From assembly GCA_037447605.1 (NCBI GenBank), contig CM074810.1:1-64000 (forward strand): DNA of 64,000 bases, given 5' to 3'. The stretch is from Zygnema circumcarinatum SAG 698-1b. Lineage: Eukaryota > Plantae > Zygnematophyceae. The notes below the pieces were generated by a model. The model saw only the letters and a program-made list of their open reading frames with translations. It had not been told where the DNA came from and ran no database searches. Below, one piece after another: positions 28,536 to 40,789 of this stretch. The position numbers were made by a program, and so were the translations under genes. Position 1 is the stretch's first letter. Each line of letters opens with the position of its first letter.

Positions 28536-29049
28536 TACCCCTCTGCCACTCCCAATCGCTTCCCATCTCCCTTTCCCACCCCCCCCCCACCTTCTGCCTG
28601 GCCCTCCCTGCCTGCCCTTCTGCTCTGCCTGTTCATGCCTGACTTTCTGCTGTCTCTCCGGCTTAGCAAAAGTAGACAGCATGTACACTGGGTCCTTTTA
28701 AACAGGAGAAAACAGGAGAATATATTATCAATGAGTGTGCGACATTGATTGCAAGGAATGCTTCTATACCCCCAGAGGGAAAAGCTTATGGACTTCAGCA
28801 CAGTAGACGACCAAAACTGTATCCACATTGACTTGTCTAACCGAGCTGTAAACTACTCTCTCCGTGGATCTGAAATCTGAAAAAAAAAAAAAACCATTGG
28901 CTGCTTTCACGCATGCAGCTCACTTCTCCAGTGTTCAGAACCGACACAGTATGCGCGAGGAAAGGGCTGGAAAGGTCCACGAGGCGGGGACTGATGAGGC
29001 ATCTTGACGCATGGCAGAAGGACAGGTGGCAGGTCTCCTCAGCCCGTCA

Positions 29050-31367
29050 CTACTTTACCAAGCCGAGCTGGACTAAACACTTCTTTAGCGCCCGTTTTTG
29101 TTTCCTGACTTTTTCCTGCATCACAAAGATGAGCTCGAGTGAGCTGAGCATTCCAATCATCCCTCTACTCCTTACTCCGCGGCTCCGGCCGCAGCCGCAG
29201 CGTGACCAGAGCCCTGCGGCCCCCTCTCTGCCATGTGCTCGTCTACACTTGTCCAATGTAGTAATAGAAACAGAAAGTGAGCAAGCTATAAAGAAGCAGT
29301 CGTGTGACCCGGGATGTACCTTCATCAGCTCCAGTTGTGCTGTCAAGTCTGACTTATCAGCTTCAAGAACCTCCACCTAGGGAAAATAAAAATAATCCAA
29401 ACGATTGGTTTTCAAACTCGTCACTGGAGGAAACAGGAAATACCTATATACAGATACAGATACCATCATAGGCTTTTGTCAAGGAATACGCTGCCAGTTA
29501 TGTTTGGACAATTCTCTTAAGCGACACATGAAAAAAGTGGGAAATCGCACCTGCTTCGTTAGGAACGCGATCTTCTCGAGGCGTCCAAGCCGGGTTCTCT
29601 CTGCTGCACGCCTGTTGGCGATGATACGAGCAGCCTTTTTCGGATCTTCCTTTTTTAGAACCTGCACGAGAACGTGGGAAAAATCCGGCTATGTGGGATA
29701 CGGAACGAGGGTGAATGCAGGAACAACTAGTTAGATTCAGCTCCACTCTCGTTTTCCTAACCTGAAACAGCAATAGAGCCTGTCTCCCAAACCAGTTCGA
29801 CCACGCAACCAACACAGTACTCCCTGGGACGTGGACACGGGTGAGCTCTGATTGTACCTCAAGCTGCGCTTGGCCACACCTTTTCCTCCGACCGATTGAA
29901 ATACGCCCTGTTAACGTAGATTGTAGAAAACACGATGATCAGTTGTGAGCACATCCTGTGATATTGAAAGGATAAAGGGCCAAAGTCAACAGCTCACTGA
30001 AAAAAGTCGTCCTGATTAGCCAGTGTTCAGCCAGTGTTCAGCCAGTGTTCAGCCAGAATCCAGCAAACTCACCTGCTTCCATGCTTGCACCCCTGCCCAA
30101 GCCCACACGAAAGGAAAAAAGTGGTCAATTAGCTGCTTACGTCTGAGGTGCTAAGCTTACTCGATGATCAATTTCAGAATCCTTTCAGTGGAGTATGTAC
30201 CGAGATTCAGTTGTCGCTGAAAGTTCAGGCGATTGTTGCCTTCCTCCATGCTCGAAAAGCATAGATTGCTTTCGAGTGTATCTGATTGGCCGCTGTTCCT
30301 GCTGCAACATGGAGAGCCTTCTCCAGGCCCGTTTCCTCTGTGGCAACTTAGAGCGTAACTTCTTGCTCGAGTTCAATCCCGTTGGTGAAAACTGAAGGCT
30401 TGCGATGTCCTCCCATTTGCCACCGAACAACAGACCTCGACGTTGTTGTGGACGGTCAGCATGCCTCGAATAACAGTTTATTGGACTTTCACTAGCACGT
30501 AGAAACGAATGAATTGCCTTTGGTGTGGAAAAATGCGATATCGCCTGCAAATAATGAAAAATCTCCATCAGCCATTGGCTTGTGACTTGGATCTTTCTTG
30601 CACCAGATGCCATAGCACGTAAACAGCCATTTGACCACGACTGCCCACTTTTTCCTGTACTGAGATATAAAAAAATTATGATTTGGTTCAGCTTACCTGA
30701 TCTAATCCTCCTTGGCTGATGCTACCACTTGGTGCATAGGAAGTACGCTTGATCGTGCTTTCTATTGGCAGAGCCGATCGCTTTGCTGAATGAGTCCCAT
30801 GCACCTCGGCAACAGATAAAGAAGGGAGAAGAGGAGTGGTAATTGCTTGATATCTGCGATCGAAGTCATGTAAATGTCGAGTTGCACATAATTGAGTTGG
30901 AGAGTAAGCGAGAGGTCGAAATCGGTCCCTGCAGTACACGATAGTGGTTTTGCAATGGAAGCAACACGAGAACGCAATCATTAATGGACTCGATATCCTA
31001 GAAGGCATCCCTGAACTGCAAGAACGAATAACATTTCCCTTTTGTGAGACTGGCATTAGTTTTACAATCATGAACAAACTATCCAGCAGTTGCACTTTCA
31101 TTGACAAAAGAAGGATATCTGAATGCTCCCGCTTGCGCACCAACGCGTTTTGCACTTTCACTCAAGCACTCTTGATTATCGTTACCTTTTTGTAGATGGT
31201 GTTGCGGAATGCACCGACAGATCGAATGACCCCAACGGTGTTAGGTTTGATTCCATCCATTTCCGGTCGGGACTAGGTGACTGCATCTTATAAAAATCTG
31301 CAGCATACAGAGCATTGATGAGACTCGATGGACTGTACAAGTTATGCATGAGCACAGAAGTCACACC
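29050..31367 (-). CDS. bZIP transcription factor with C-terminal bZIP domain (5' end uncertain)
   Basis: Phase-consistent exons 31367-31186, 30928-30697, 30640-30201, 30092-30073, 29907-29858, 29661-29551, 29376-29320, 29115-29050. DPKKAARIIANRRAAERTRLGRLEKIAFLTKQVEVLEADKSDLTAQLELM fits N-x7-R-x9-L-x6-L-x6-L. Confidence 0.82.
30018..30056. repeat. 11-bp tandem repeat (AGCCAGTGTTC) x3 in a bZIP intron
   Basis: Direct reading. Confidence 0.8.
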
Positions 31368-32324
31368 CTGCAGATCCTCCTTACGAGTTTATTGCTATCA
31401 CTGACTGGATGCATAAGACGCAATCCTGCGCCTTTTCTCTCTATGAAAGGATGAAATCAAAGGAATACTGCTACCGTTGAATAAGCGAATTGTTTGGTAT
31501 CACGTAAGAGGAGAACGATTTGCAGAAGACAGCGCCTAGCTCGCACATTTCACTCACTGAAATTTCCAAATGACATCTGCACTTGCCACATAAGGGACAA
31601 TGAAAGATAAGGACCATGCGTGTTTGAAAAAAAAAAAGGGAGGGGAGGCGGAGTGAAAGCTCCAGTCTCGAACAAAGCAGAACAGACGGGCACTGATAGC
31701 CCTGCCAAAATTCGCATATTTCTCTATTGTTTGTCGTAAATCACTAAGAGAATGAAGCCAAAGCATGGTCAGAGAAATTATGTAAGAAGATAGGTTCTGG
31801 AACAATTCCTCTTCGAAATGCACATACAGAAGAAGTCGGCAATCAAAATCTGCCCAGTCGTTACATGTTGTACACTTTTTATGTAAGCTACTCTTACGCG
31901 GTGTTCTTACTTCGTGTTCGCCCTCTTGAAGTTGCAGCGGAGTAGGCCAGCGTCGGGTCAGCTGCAGCGTGCAGGCAGGGGCAGGGGCGAAGCTCTCCGC
32001 TCTTTCTCTCTCTGACCGAGTGCGTGCGGGCGTGCAAGCCGGCGCCGTCCGCGGCGTGGCTTGGCGGCCGCTCTCAGGGGGCGGCGCTGCCTCCGAACGG
32101 ACGGACGGCAAACTGCAAATTTGAATGTTGAACCAGCGCAGGAGCCAGGACCGTATTGTACGGTATACTCCCCGCGTGTGTGGAGACACCCCCATGGAGA
32201 TGCGGTGAACATGCCTGGAGATGTGAATCATGAGATGGCGCGGCTTCTCCTGCCGTACCGTACGGTACCGTACCATTCATTCATACATTCTCGCGCCGGT
32301 GCAAACACAACATGGCACCCGCAT

Positions 32325-32397
32325 GGCATGCCATCGCATGACATGCCATCGCATCGCATGGCATGGCATCGCATGGCATGGCATCGCATGGCATGAC
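32325..32397. repeat. Pentamer repeat (GCATG/GCATC)n
   Basis: ...CCATCGCATCGCATGGCATGGCATCGCATGGCATGGCATCGCATGGCATG... Confidence 0.85.
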
Positions 32398-32606
32398 TGT
32401 CACGCTTGACTGTCACGCGTCACGTGTAACAGGACTCCGTGCTTTAAACGCGACGTCACTGCAAAGCAATGCACGCTCCGTCCCACTCGCGAAATTCGAC
32501 ACCACTTCGCGCGAGACAGTGAAATCATCGGAATGATGGTGAAATTGAAACGACCTCTCTCCAATTCAAACCGAAGCTTGTCAACGACGACGTCTGAAGA
32601 AAAGCC

Positions 32607-32652
32607 CGCATGTGACACTTAAAAAGAATCGCATGTGACACTTAAAAAGAAT
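32607..32652. repeat. Perfect 23-bp tandem duplication
   Basis: CGCATGTGACACTTAAAAAGAAT occurs twice. Confidence 0.9.
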
Positions 32653-32948
32653 GGCGGGTGAAGGAAGCACCAGGGGCAGCACCGCAAGCGTGCAAATTCT
32701 CAAGAGGAGGTGGATGGTGACCATGCCCATTGACGTGCAATTGAGATCCTCACATTTGATTCCACAAAATGTGTTGTAGGTATCCATGCAGACTCCACAT
32801 GTACGTGCAAACAAGAAAAATGGAAAAACGAGCCGCACAGGTAGCTATTTACAAGTGCAGAGTTCCCTTCTGAAAGGAAGAAAGGAATTTGTGCAATCTC
32901 CTCTTAAAGTCTTTTCGAAATCGAACAGGCAAAGATGCAGCGCCGGCT

Positions 32949-34145
32949 TCAAGCTTGCTGCTCCTCGCTTCGCAGCTGCGCGAGAAGGTCTTGCGCGCCT
33001 GAAGTTGTGAAGTCTCCTTTTTCTTCCAAGTGCAAAAATTTCACTTTCAAATTTTCAGCATACAATGAAAAACGACGGCATCGGCGACCCAAGCCAATGT
33101 CGCTCAGGTCAACGTCGAACCCGAGGGCTCCGGCGTAGTCGCCAGGGCCGTCTGCAAACATTCGTATGTTGCCTTCGACGCCCGGAAAGGTCTTCTCCCA
33201 CGCCCTCATCACATACGCGTCATTCACTGCAGAAAGTATTACTAGGTTAGGACATGATCATGTAAGGGGACGGGTAAGCCCACAATATTTGAAGCTGACT
33301 AAGCCGAGTATTGGTAAGGCGAGCTTCATGTTACAGTATATCGCAGGTTGCATGCCAGACAAAACTCTAAACATTGGGACGAAGCCAACCCGAACAAGAG
33401 AAGACATCTCTGGGCATCGAAGGCAGCACGCAAGTGTCTGCAGACAAGCCATGAGACCACGCTCTCAACTGAGAGCAGCACACCATGAGTCCGAAAGAAG
33501 GACTCATGGTGTGCTCAGGATTCTACAAGACAACTTCCTCGAGATAGAAAATAAAAGAGGGTGGGAAAGAGAGACGTACGCAACCAAGAATTGACATCAC
33601 GGTCAGTGCTTCCGCCTATCCCCAGAGAACTTTACCTGATAAAACCGCTATATCATCCAGGTACTTCTTCAGTTCAGGAGCGTGCTCGATGAAGCCTGGA
33701 ATATGCTTCGAGCTGCATGTGTGAAATTAACAAACGTATTAGACCTTGCTCGCCAAATTCTTTGATGAGGCTACCTGGCATCAAGCCTTTTACACACTCG
33801 CACCTGATTCCAAACATTATTTTCTGAAATATTATGGGGGTATCGTAATGGGCATTTTTCAAGTTTGAAAGAGTAGAAGAACAGAAATAGCTTGGCTGCT
33901 ATTAGCAAGATATGGAAGCGATTCTTGGTGCCAATTTGTTTACAGCATAATCCTGTCGTTTGCAAAAGTTCGCTTCTTCATATCGCATACCTGCAGACAG
34001 GAGTGTAAGCTCCTGGAATCCCAACAAGGATAACCTTCTTATTTTTTGCCCAGTCATGGATCCGCAATTTTTGCAGCTCTCCTTCCTCGTCAAAGAAGGA
34101 AACCTCTCCGTCCGGCAGCGTGTCCCCTACAGCAATCGGAGCCAT
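32949..34145 (-). CDS. PRXII: Type II peroxiredoxin (Prx5 family, similar to cytosolic PrxIIB/C), 3 exons
   Basis: Exons 34145-33991, 33712-33636, 33226-32949. [46 protein letters not shown], RRF motifs. Confidence 0.93.
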
Positions 34146-34358
34146 GGCGTCAGCGCCACCCTCCCCGAAAAATACGGAGCAAGGAGGAGGCAAGCAGCGC
34201 GTCAAAAAGCCCAGCACTTGTCGTTCTAAAGCTGCGCTTCGTCGCCTCGCCTCGCCTCCGACCGGGCGCGCTGCCTGCATGCACGAGCTGACGCTTGCGC
34301 CACGCGTCGTAATGCAGGTAAACTAAATTTATAATAAAAAAATAATAAAATCATCCAT

Positions 34359-34363
34359 GCGGG

Positions 34364-34406
<43 letters not shown>

Positions 34407-34431
34407 GCGTGTTCGATCCACGCTCACCGCA
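34359..34431 (+). tRNA. tRNA-Phe (GAA), no intron
   Basis: GCGGGGATAGCTCAGTTGGGAGAGCGTCAGACTGAAGATCTGAAGGTCGCGTGTTCGATCCACGCTCACCGCA; A and B boxes, anticodon GAA, followed by a TTTT Pol III terminator, with an AT-rich upstream tract. Confidence 0.98.
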
Positions 34432-35561
34432 TTTTCAACCTTTACGGTAATTTGGACAACGAATTGAGAGACCGGATAACATTTTCCTCGAAAGTACAGC
34501 AGCGTGCATTGTGTTGGGGATCTATGCGGACCTGCTTTTGGGGCCGTCGCAGGGCCGGTTGTTGTCTCACCTTGCTTTGTAGCTTCGACATGTCTTCATC
34601 TGTCCACTCTTTGACATTAACTTGGACAGGCTCAGTTGAGACTGTTTTTACATTAGATCTACAAAAAATGTCTGACAAAATCCCCGTCCCAACAATCTAT
34701 AGATTAAACCAGTTCACCGCTAGCGCACACTCTGGATTACACTGCCGCTCTTATACCTTTCCTTTGCTACTTCTCCCAATCAATGCCACTCCTACGGCGA
34801 TACCACCACTCTTAACAACAAAACATGCTCATTGCCTTTTGAAAACATGGCAATTCTCTAAAGGAGATTTGAATTGTGGACTATGCTTCATATGCGCCTT
34901 ACACTGCCATGCATGGCCCCTTTCTCGCACGGTTGTCACAATGCAAATGGTGATGGTGTACTGCAGTGCCAGTGCGCCGCCCCCCTCTGGCACCCCCTGA
35001 CGCCAAAAGACAGGAACCGTTTGCAAGAAGGTGACAACGCGGTCCTATTCAAACTCATCGAGCTGCGGGAATGCTGTATTATTCGTGTCTGACGCATTGA
35101 CCAGGCAGGTGGGAGGGGGGTTCAGGTGGGGGGACTCTTCCGCGATCACTCTCTACCAGTTTGCCTTCCCCCAAGTCTAAATTTGGCTTCCCCCACTTGC
35201 TTGGAAAGCCAAGGTCTATTGGCCGATGCTAGCGACGTAGCATACTACGCTTACTCTCGCTGGTACCACATAGGTTCACACGCGTACAGGGCATGCCTAC
35301 CAAGAACCAAAAAGCAAATTTTGATGGCGTACAAAGGTATTCACTGTATCAAATTCACATTAGTCATTGCGTAAGAGCACAATACTCTCAAGTGCACCGT
35401 CTCATAGCTAGTGGCGCTTTCGCCATTCCGCCGTAATGTTGAATTGCTTCAAAAAGCGAGGAAACCACAGCTGTACATGGCGCTCTTCCTCATCCCCCCA
35501 GTCACGCAGCCACCACCATCATGGACAGCTTGGAACTCGCCACCTTTACAGCTCCAATTCA

Positions 35562-37734
35562 TCATGGAAAGCTGTCCATTAACGTTTTGGCTGCCTTCAA
35601 TTCTGCGTTCATTCACTCCACATGCCCACTAATTCAGGTCTCAAGAAACTTTCGAGATGGGCATCTGTAAAAGGACCCAAAGTATCGGCAAACCTCGAGT
35701 GACGAAATCCAAAAAATCCAAAGAAAAAGATTGTGCGACATCTCAGGCCTGCGTAGGTTACTCACCATGAAGCAACACTCGGAACTTGTCTTTTGAGACA
35801 AGGAAGGGCTGAGCAAACCCATTGGGCCCCTCTGAAGTGAGCTGCAAAAGCACACCTTGCTCTCTCCCTCCCTGCACCTGCCATCCTGTGACGGCAAGAG
35901 CCGGTACTGCACGGATACACAGAAGCATTGCGACAAACGAGGATCAAGAGGAGTAATATCAACGTGCCGCAAAAGAGGGATAAAGCCTATCAAAATTCAT
36001 GCATATGACGGGAACGAGAAATGACAAGGAGACACCAAACGGGTTGTGTTAACCTGTGAGAGAAGATTGACGCAGCTTAGCCTGCAAAGACTGCTTGCTG
36101 CTCCAGTATGGGCGGCATACGGCTTCACTATGATCTGTGCCAAAAACAGTATGGAATCGCCTTAAATCAGAAAACTCGCCAACCTCCGAGCACCAGGCCT
36201 CAGTACGAAGGTAGAAGAAAAGCACAACTCACAGAAGCAGCAACTCCATGACGAACTCATCAACTCAAACTCCCGACGTTCACATTATATCAATGTCTTG
36301 TGGTGGGTGAAGGAAATGAAAAAGCAACACTGTCGATTTAAGCTATCTTACCTCTTGGAAGCCCCCACTGCTGAAGTTCTCTGGACAATGCCGCATCGCT
36401 GACATTATACTTAGCAGCATTAGTGATGACGAAATGCACAGCAGCCATAGCTGCCTTCACGTCTGACAAGGCTGCAAGATGTTCCCACTGCGGCTATCAC
36501 CTTCGCGTACATGAGCATGCCTCGTTTGTAGGTTGCCACTCAGATCAGTTTCAATGCTGGAGCTTGACCTGTTGCTTTAAGCAAAGCTTCAGCCGGTAAC
36601 TGAGCTCACCAAGTGACGTTTCAGTTGGCAACTTCAGCATCTCCGAGTGCTGCAAACCCAAACAGCACGAGCATTGGTTATCATTAGGGTTAATTATCGA
36701 AAAGATTGGGGTGACCATTAAAAAATTGCATGTTCCGCGGGCAAACCGGAAAAGTAAATCGCATGCTCACGTCAAAGGAGCCATCCACAATGCACTGGAT
36801 AACCAGCTCCGCAAGTGCCTGAATCTGTACAGCCACCTGCGGCAGTAAACGCATAACACCAGAACAGGATAAGTCAAGAGGGTCCTTCTGCATAAACTCA
36901 GGACCTTCCGAATTTAGCTTCACAGAGATCCAGGATGCAGAATTTGAGAATCGCGATACAATATCTGAGCAATGTGGTGATCATCGTCTTTTTGAGATAA
37001 TGACAGTTCCCATACATGGTAAAACACATGTTTGGCAAGCTGATATGATGAAGAGACTCAAAAGCTCAACCTTCGCCTCCTGAAGTTAATCGGAGTTATT
37101 TGTTGCATCGCCATAATTCATCATGGCAACGTCTTCGAGAAAAATATCGGACCTAATTTGAAACTCTCAGGAGCTTTCTGGGATGTATGCCTATATGTCG
37201 AGTATACAAAGGTCGACTATACAAAGGTCGACTACATAACTATCTCACCTTCGTACCTTGCCGAGTGCTTGCACCAGAGAGCCAACTGATGAACATCATC
37301 ATCAATCAAGAACATCTCAAACCCTAAAAACCCTCAGACTCTTCCTCAAAAAGCCTAAACAGCTCCATTGAAGGATGTTTCGAAGAACTGCATGTGGCAT
37401 ATCGTTTTGACTATCAAGTAGAAAGCAATTTGTTTGACATTTTAAGCAGTCCTCTGTTTCTATCAGATGTTGGATGGTGTGACGAGGGAAACAAATGGCA
37501 ATTCAATTCAATCAGATAAGCAAAGTGTATCCCAAGGTTTCGCTTTGCCGCAATTAAGCCTTTCATCAGGCTTTTAGACCACATAAAGATGTATTGATTT
37601 AGATTGGAACAAACTGAGCATGCTTATTGTTCTCGCGATCTGAGAGGTCGCATACTGACCAGGGTGGAGAGAGTTAGCATCTCGGCGAGGATCCAATCAG
37701 GAGCATCCAAGCCGCCGCATACGCTGAACTTCAT
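35562..37734 (-). CDS. COMMD4: COMM domain-containing protein 4 homologue, 7 exons
   Basis: Exons 37734-37660, 36836-36771, 36649-36610, 36471-36352, 36134-36054, 35906-35766, 35602-35562. MKFSVCGGLDAPDWILAE, SDVKAAMAAVHFVITNAAKYNVSDAALSRELQQWGLPR and DKFRVLLHELKAAKTLM match the recalled COMMD4 motifs MRFRFCGDLDCPDWVLAE, ELQQLGLPKEH and DKFQVLLAELKQA. Confidence 0.88.
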
Positions 37735-38234
37735 GCTTCATGCAGCAGCAGCTGCTCGGCAGATGCGTCGCTTGCAATGAGGCAGTGAGACAGCGAGACT
37801 CTCATGCGCACTCTGCACCGCCCAAGTGCTCTGCTCGATTCGTCGTCAAAAGTTCGAGCTGAACCGATGCGAGCTTCAAGCTCCCGCTGAGCAGCATTGA
37901 GGATCGTGAGCACTGGGACTGTAATGGAGAGGACGCGGGTTCGATGAGCGACGAAGACCGTTGCTAGCATCTGCTGGCGGTAGTGCAAGAACCTTTCTTC
38001 TCTCTCAGTCTCAGATATCGGCAAACAGACCGTCCGGACACCCCCTGGCTGTCTGCAGCTGAATCAATTCAGCTAACGAGACCTTCGGCGAGTGTCCGCA
38101 ACTCCGCATGGCTCTATACCGTAGTTTCTAGAGCTTGTCGGCAGCGCACGGGGCCGAAGGAAAACGGCGGTTGCAACTAGACCTCTCTCTCTCTCTCTCT
38201 CTCGCCTCTGGAGTTCCTAGGTTTCGCCTGCGCC

Positions 38235-40789
38235 ATGGGAGCAATGTGGTACGTTTTCCTGTTCAAGTATGAATGGTGGAGCATCGTTTCTCATTCTTCC
38301 TCTTCTCGTTGTTCTTGTGATGTTTCGCTTCCTTCCTTTGGAGAGAAAAGGTCATCCCGTTGTAACGCATGATTCCTTTAAGAGCCGCTTTTGGTCTGCA
38401 GAAAATTCTGTAGTTATTCGTTGATGCTCGTCGTGAAGTACAAACTTTTCTTACAACGTTAGAATTTGGTAAATATTTTGCGTGCTGACACTTCGCAGTT
38501 TTTGCTTGGCTTTTTCTATGCTTACTTGCGGGCAGTTTTGGGGCTCAAGAAATTAGTGAGTTTCCAAGCTGTCCTGCAATTCTCAGAGAATCGATTGCAA
38601 ACGTGTCAGAACAGCCAAATTCATGTTAGCTTGGTCAAATATTTTCTGCCCTTTCAGTATGCTTGTGGTATTGATGAAAAATTCGTGCATAGGCCATTTC
38701 TGCAATGACCACCTCTCATGCCCTCCGTTCCTCTAAAATCAAGGTCAATTTCTTTATTTTTCCGTACTCGTCTCCACTCGAATTGAACTGCATCTTGTTT
38801 AGTTTACAAGCAGGGCCACTGTAAGCTACTTGCTGTCCTCTTTTTGGATCCAACGAAACTCCTGGAAACTGCCTCTCTGTCGTCCACAAAAACATGTTAC
38901 ACACAAAAACATGTTACAGTCATGAGAGCGGCTTTAGTCGTCATTGCAGAAGTCGTTGGTTCTGTTTGCTGAAAATAGTGACAGGACGTGGTGTAAGAAA
39001 ATGCGGAAAAGCGAAGTAAGTCGAGAAAGATAAAAAACAAAAGACTCAGGTGGATGTTGACTTATGGATGTCTTGTGTGGATTGAGTGCTGGTGCTGCAC
39101 GCTTTGCTGACAGGATTCTGCATTGGCAGCCTGCACCGGGAGCTGCGATGAGCAGTCAGACGTATGCAGAGGTGGTGAAGGCGGTGGAGAGTCTAAGCAG
39201 CACACGCAACGGTCGATGGCAAGCCACGTGCTCACTGCATCGCCCCGTAGTGCGAGGTATCGAACAGCTCGTCCCGGTGCAGCTAGTGGACTCCCTGAAG
39301 ATGGATTCAAGAATGAGACTTTTCTTAAAGCTTCAGATTGAAAATGTATTGGTAGATGGGTAAGGTGGACTGAGACAGATGAGCTAAGGAGCGTCAACGA
39401 GAGTGCCTTTATGTTCAGTGAAACTGATACCCTCGGCCATCTGTTCAGACAGCTGTGTTTCGTTTGTCGTCTTTGCTATTCTGCTTTAAAGTCCGTTGAC
39501 TTATCCCCTTGCCTGACGCACACTCTGAGAGCTGGTCAAGTTGTAGTTGGCGAATTCTTAGAAATATGGAGGTCATATTTCTATGTCAGTTTGTGTCCGG
39601 AAGTTCCATGTCGTTTCATTCCTCTGAAAAAAAACGACATGTCATGGTTATTGTATTGAACTGAAAGTTGCAACTTTAGGATTGTTCTCACAGCTCCTTC
39701 ATACTCTCTATCTCTACTCTACTCTCTCTATTCTCCTCTCCCTCTCTTCCCTGCCCCCCCCCCGCTCTCTCCATCACACGGACATGCATGCTTTCCGTCT
39801 ACAACGTAGTGCCCTAGGCAGTACGAGCTAGTAGATTTTCTGTTCTGGATTCTCTTCAAACACTTGTACTGCCTAGCGAAGAAGTTTCACTGCAGCATTG
39901 CGAAGAGTCATGCAGTTTTGCCCCTCCCGCCGCGCAGCTGAGAGGGTGCGCGGCCTCCTCCTCGGGCCGGGAGGAGCGCAGAGGTCGGCGTGCCGGCGGC
40001 GGAGATGGTCACTCCCGCCCGGGAGCTTTTCGGAGTCAGCTTTTCGGACTGGCCCGGGCGGCACTTCCTCGTGCTGCGGCACGAGCACCTCGTGCTGGAG
40101 GCAGAAGCCACGGTGGAGGCAATAATGGAAAAGCTGCAGCTCTATCGGCATAGAAGCTCCGTGGCCTATGAGGTGAAATGGAAAGTGGATGATTGTCAGC
40201 GCCGCACTCCTGCTGACATGCGGCAGAATTAGAGATTGCTACACGCTTTGTTGGGAATTGAACGGAATTTTCTATCTGTTTTGGCCACAGGGCTTGGAAT
40301 ATTTGCTGGGTGACTTCCACATTCGTGTAGGGAAGGCCGTCCAAACTAGTAGTGAGGCGCTGAGAGGAATTCTCTTGGAGGTATGCCCAGTAGATCTCGC
40401 TGCTCTGGAAAACCGACGGGCTCATTTCAAGGATGCTATCTGCGTTCTTTCATATGAAAACCAGAGAGTTTGATGTGAAGCTGCTGTGCGTGTGAGGTCT
40501 GTGTAAACCCTTCAGACAGGATGCTGCAGGTTTGAGCTCGGCAGGTAACGTTGGGGGGTGCGTGCAGGTTAAGTTTGCCCCGTGCGCGTCGCTGGAGGGC
40601 GGGCGCGCGCTCTGCCAGGACTTCCTGGGCGTGTGGCAGGAGGTGGTGGCGGCGCGGGGCCTGAGCGGCCGCTTCGTGCTGCTCGAGCCGACCTACGCGG
40701 ACTACGGCTTGGGGGACGCGTACGGCGCGCAGCACACCGCTCTGCAGTTCGTGCTGCTCTCCGCGCACTTCATGGCCGCCCGCGTCTGA
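38235..40789 (+). CDS. MED20: Mediator subunit 20 (plant MED20a-like), 5 exons
   Basis: Exons 38235-38248, 39114-39256, 39982-40172, 40291-40380, 40568-40789. WILHWQP, GRWQAT, LVLEAEATVEAIMEKLQLY, LGDFHIRVGK, YGLGDAYGAQHTALQF. Confidence 0.92.

Noticed and set aside
31554-32276. 240-aa minus-strand ORF upstream of the bZIP gene
   Set aside because: It crosses simple repeats and a poly-T run. It may hold bZIP 5' exons, but I could not build a reliable phase-consistent model.
37200-37450. Telomerase RNA gene (1.5 copies of CCCTAAAAA on the + strand inside COMMD4 intron 1)
   Set aside because: No convincing USE/TATA Pol III promoter or conserved plant TR elements nearby; better read as a telo-box-like motif.
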